This document shows, in pieces, positions 19,985-24,000 of a DNA stretch of 24,000 nucleotides; positions within the stretch are counted from its first letter, which is position 1, and the number at the start of each line of letters is the position of its first letter. The position numbers were made by a program, and so were the translations under genes. The notes beneath the pieces are model-generated. The model was given only the letters and a program-made list of their open reading frames with translations, did not search any database and had not been told where the DNA came from. Source of the stretch: Escherichia coli. Lineage in GTDB: Bacteria > Pseudomonadota > Gammaproteobacteria > Enterobacterales > Enterobacteriaceae. The stretch lies in NCBI RefSeq assembly GCF_030389695.1, contig NZ_CP128926.1; one strand, 5' to 3'.

Positions 19985-22429
19985 ATGATGATTTTGAGTA
20001 TTCTCGCTACGGTTGTCCTGCTCGGCGCGTTGTTCTATCACCGCGTGAGCTTATTTATCAGCAGTCTGATTTTGCTCGCCTGGACAGCCGCCCTCGGCGT
20101 TGCTGGTCTGTGGTCGGCGTGGGTACTGGTGCCTCTGGCCATTATCCTCGTGCCATTTAACTTTGCGCCTATGCGTAAGTCGATGATTTCCGCGCCGGTA
20201 TTTCGCGGTTTCCGTAAGGTGATGCCGCCGATGTCGCGCACTGAGAAAGAAGCGATTGATGCGGGCACCACCTGGTGGGAGGGCGACTTGTTCCAGGGCA
20301 AGCCGGACTGGAAAAAGCTGCATAACTATCCGCAGCCGCGCCTGACCGCCGAAGAGCAAGCGTTTCTCGACGGCCCGGTAGAAGAAGCCTGCCGGATGGC
20401 GAATGATTTCCAGATCACCCATGAGCTGGCGGATCTGCCGCCGGAGTTGTGGGCGTACCTTAAAGAGCATCGTTTCTTCGCGATGATCATCAAAAAAGAG
20501 TACGGCGGGCTGGAGTTCTCGGCTTATGCCCAGTCTCGCGTGCTGCAAAAACTCTCCGGCGTGAGCGGGATCCTGGCGATTACCGTCGGCGTGCCAAACT
20601 CATTAGGCCCGGGCGAACTGTTGCAACATTACGGCACTGACGAGCAGAAAGATCACTATCTGCCGCGTCTGGCGCGTGGTCAGGAGATCCCCTGCTTTGC
20701 ACTGACCAGCCCGGAAGCGGGTTCCGATGCGGGCGCGATTCCGGACACCGGGATTGTCTGCATGGGCGAATGGCAGGGCCAGCAGGTGCTGGGGATGCGT
20801 CTGACCTGGAACAAACGCTACATTACGCTGGCACCGATTGCGACCGTGCTTGGGCTGGCGTTTAAACTCTCCGACCCGGAAAAATTACTCGGCGGTGCAG
20901 AAGATTTAGGCATTACCTGTGCGCTGATCCCAACCACCACGCCGGGCGTGGAAATTGGTCGTCGCCACTTCCCGCTGAACGTACCGTTCCAGAACGGACC
21001 GACGCGCGGTAAAGATGTCTTCGTGCCGATCGATTACATCATCGGCGGGCCGAAAATGGCCGGGCAAGGCTGGCGGATGCTGGTGGAGTGCCTCTCGGTA
21101 GGCCGCGGCATCACCCTGCCTTCCAACTCAACCGGCGGCGTGAAATCGGTAGCGCTGGCAACCGGCGCGTATGCTCACATTCGCCGTCAGTTCAAAATCT
21201 CTATTGGTAAGATGGAAGGGATTGAAGAGCCGCTGGCGCGTATTGCCGGTAATGCCTACGTGATGGATGCTGCGGCATCGCTGATTACCTACGGCATTAT
21301 GCTCGGCGAAAAACCTGCCGTGCTGTCGGCTATCGTTAAGTATCACTGTACCCACCGCGGGCAGCAGTCGATTATTGATGCGATGGATATTACCGGCGGT
21401 AAAGGCATTATGCTCGGGCAAAGCAACTTCCTGGCGCGTGCTTACCAGGGCGCACCGATTGCCATCACCGTTGAAGGGGCTAACATTCTGACCCGCAGCA
21501 TGATGATCTTCGGACAAGGAGCGATTCGTTGCCATCCGTACGTGCTGGAAGAGATGGAAGCGGCGAAGAACAATGACGTCAACGCGTTCGATAAACTGTT
21601 GTTCAAACATATCGGTCACGTCGGTAGCAACAAAGTTCGCAGCTTCTGGCTGGGCCTGACGCGCGGTTTAACCAGCAGCACGCCAACCGGCGATGCCACT
21701 AAACGCTACTATCAGCACCTGAACCGCCTGAGCGCCAACCTCGCCCTGCTTTCTGATGTCTCGATGGCAGTGCTGGGCGGCAGCCTGAAACGTCGCGAGC
21801 GCATCTCGGCCCGTCTGGGGGATATTTTAAGCCAGCTCTACCTCGCCTCTGCCGTGCTGAAGCGTTATGACGACGAAGGCCGTAATGAAGCCGACCTGCC
21901 GCTGGTGCACTGGGGCGTACAAGATGCGCTGTATCAGGCTGAACAGGCGATGGATGATTTACTGCAAAACTTCCCGAACCGCGTGGTTGCCGGGCTGCTG
22001 AATGTGGTGATCTTCCCGACCGGACGTCATTATCTGGCACCTTCTGACAAGCTGGATCATAAAGTGGCGAAGATTTTACAAGTGCCGAACGCCACCCGTT
22101 CCCGCATTGGTCGCGGTCAGTACCTGACGCCGAGCGAGCATAATCCGGTTGGCTTGCTGGAAGAGGCGCTGGTGGATGTGATTGCCGCCGACCCAATTCA
22201 TCAGCGGATCTGTAAAGAGCTGGGTAAAAACCTGCCGTTTACCCGTCTGGATGAACTGGCGCACAACGCGCTGGTGAAGGGGCTGATTGATAAAGATGAA
22301 GCCGCTATTCTGGTGAAAGCTGAAGAAAGCCGTCTGCGCAGTATTAACGTTGATGACTTTGATCCGGAAGAGCTGGCGACGAAGCCGGTAAAGTTGCCGG
22401 AGAAAGTGCGGAAAGTTGAAGCCGCGTAA
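19985..22429 (+). CDS. fadE: acyl-CoA dehydrogenase FadE (814 aa)
   Basis: [33 protein letters not shown]...[22 protein letters not shown]; start trimmed from the 840-aa track ORF. Confidence 0.97.
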
Positions 22430-22436
22430 ATGAATA

Positions 22437-22462
22437 ACGGAGCCGAAAGGCTCCGTTTCTTT
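22437..22462 (+). terminator. intrinsic terminator between convergent fadE and ivy
   Basis: ACGGAGCC-GAAA-GGCTCCGT followed by TTCTTT: 8-bp perfect stem, GNRA tetraloop, T-rich tail. Confidence 0.85.
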
Positions 22463-22471
22463 ATCCGCTAA

Positions 22472-22945
22472 TTATTTAAAATTAAAGCCATCCGGATGGT
22501 TTTCCAGGCTGCCGGTCAACGCCGCGAACAACACCGTTTTACCATCAATCGAAAGCGCATCGTTCACATTCAGCCAGGTGAGTTTCTCTTGCGACGTTTT
22601 CTCATCAATAGTCGAGAACAGCCCCGTCATCTGATTAGATTTCTCGGACCACATCACAGCGATACGTTGCGAGCCACAGTCATGCGGTTTGCACGCGCTC
22701 ATCACCTGATACGTCTCATCTCCCAACGTTACGGTTTGTGCGGGAGTATAAGTACCGCCTTTCATCACCCAGGCAGGCAGCTTATGCCCTTGTACCATCT
22801 GATTAAATGCAGCTTTGGTGGTTTCGCCCTTTGCAAGGCTGCTAATGGTTAAATCATCCTGCGCCATTGCACTGGTGGCGATGACCAGAGCGGCGACTGT
22901 CGTTATTGCCTTAAACATCATTCCTCCCGAGCTTATCCTGCCCAT
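22472..22945 (-). CDS. ivy: inhibitor of vertebrate C-type lysozyme Ivy (157 aa from this start; a shorter start at the internal MMFKAI is possible)
   Basis: ...MMFKAITTVAALVIATSAMAQDDLTISSLAKGETTKAAFNQMVQGHKLPAWVMKGGTYTPAQTV...'CKPHDCGSQR' loop. Confidence 0.96.
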   Translation of the reverse strand: MGRISSGGMMFKAITTVAALVIATSAMAQDDLTISSLAKGETTKAAFNQMVQGHKLPAWVMKGGTYTPAQTVTLGDETYQVMSACKPHDCGSQRIAVMWSEKSNQMTGLFSTIDEKTSQEKLTWLNVNDALSIDGKTVLFAALTGSLENHPDGFNFK

Positions 22946-23098
22946 GTTATTAACCTCCTAAAGCCTGGCGATAACACGATAATTTGCAAATCAGATATTT
23001 CCAATATCAGCATTTGTTATCAATTTATTCTGCGCTAAGGCAACTGCCTGATAAGGTGTTAAAGTTATAAAACCCTTCGCATAAAGGAGTTGTACACC

Positions 23099-23869
23099 GT
23101 GCCTGGTTTGAAGATTACGCTTTTGCAGCAACCACTGGTGTGGATGGATGGTCCTGCCAACCTGCGTCATTTTGATCGTCAACTGGAAGGTATTACCGGG
23201 CGCGATGTGATCGTTCTACCGGAGATGTTTACCAGCGGCTTTGCCATGGAAGCGGCAGCTTCGTCGCTAGCACAAGATGACGTAGTGAACTGGATGACAG
23301 CTAAGGCGCAGCAGTGCAATGCGCTGATTGCAGGCAGTGTTGCATTACAAACGGAGTCTGGTTCGGTTAACCGCTTTTTGCTGGTTGAGCCGGGCGGCAC
23401 GGTACATTTTTATGATAAGCGTCATCTGTTCCGCATGGCAGATGAGCATCTACATTATAAAGCGGGCAATGCGCGAGTGATTGTGGAATGGCGCGGCTGG
23501 CGTATTTTGCCGCTGGTGTGCTACGACTTACGTTTTCCTGTGTGGTCGCGCAATCTCAACGATTATGACCTCGCCCTGTACGTCGCCAACTGGCCTGCTC
23601 CGCGCTCTCTGCACTGGCAGGCATTGCTGACGGCCCGCGCGATTGAGAATCAGGCGTATGTGGCGGGATGCAATCGCGTCGGCAGCGATGGCAACGGCTG
23701 CCATTATCGCGGTGACAGCCGGGTGATTAATCCGCAAGGAGAGATTATCGCTACTGCCGACGCGCATCAGGCAACGCGCATTGATGCGGAGCTGTCGATG
23801 GCAGCATTGCGGGAATATAGAGAAAAGTTTCCGGCATGGCAGGATGCGGATGAGTTTAGGTTGTGGTGA
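23099..23869 (+). CDS. yafV: YafV, omega-amidase / carbon-nitrogen hydrolase (256 aa, GTG start)
   Basis: (M)PGLKITLLQQPLVWMDGPANLRHFDRQLEGITGRDVIVLPEMFTSGFAM...'LPLVCYDLRFPVWSRN' nitrilase-family motifs. Confidence 0.95.
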   Translation: MPGLKITLLQQPLVWMDGPANLRHFDRQLEGITGRDVIVLPEMFTSGFAMEAAASSLAQDDVVNWMTAKAQQCNALIAGSVALQTESGSVNRFLLVEPGGTVHFYDKRHLFRMADEHLHYKAGNARVIVEWRGWRILPLVCYDLRFPVWSRNLNDYDLALYVANWPAPRSLHWQALLTARAIENQAYVAGCNRVGSDGNGCHYRGDSRVINPQGEIIATADAHQATRIDAELSMAALREYREKFPAWQDADEFRLW

Positions 23870-24000
23870 GTGGGGGTTGTGTTTAAGGACGGGGAGAGTC
23901 GGGGTATTACTACGAAAGCCCGCTCCCCGCAAGGACTGACGCCAGGTAGTTTCTGTCCATGGCTGCTTTTCGCATCTTACGTTTTAACCCTGCCTTGAAT

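Noticed and set aside
21128-22264. Minus-strand ORFs (163, 166, 62 aa) within fadE
   Set aside because: Antisense shadows of the long fadE ORF.

Overview
This window is chromosomal backbone of Escherichia coli, closely resembling the K-12 gmhA-fadE to proBA-thrW region but in inverted orientation. It is not identical to the K-12 arrangement. Order seen: truncated phage/island tyrosine integrase - thrW tRNA - proA - proB - phoE - crl - frsA - gpt - pepD - prfH/ykfJ remnant - yafP - yafO - yafN - dinB - lafU/fhiA (Flag-2 remnant) - REP/BIME cluster - rayT interrupted by IS1 - yafL - dinJ - yafQ (broken) - yafK - yafJ - gmhA - fadE - ivy - yafV. I found no evidence for a wholly undescribed system. 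The most informative signals are: (1) a fused remnant of an RtcB2-PrfH RNA-repair/ribosome-rescue operon, with the deletion junction readable in sequence; (2) an intact dinJ antitoxin next to a yafQ toxin with a 9-nt in-frame deletion (relative to recalled K-12) and a nonsense codon just before the catalytic residues; (3) an IS1 copy inserted in the 5' end of rayT with a 9-bp target duplication (CCCCCCTTG), the IS1 itself carrying a 9-bp tandem duplication in insB; (4) the head-to-head lafU/fhiA scar of a deleted Flag-2 flagellar locus; (5) a mobile-element boundary at thrW. Comparisons to K-12 are from memory of those protein sequences, not from a database search.
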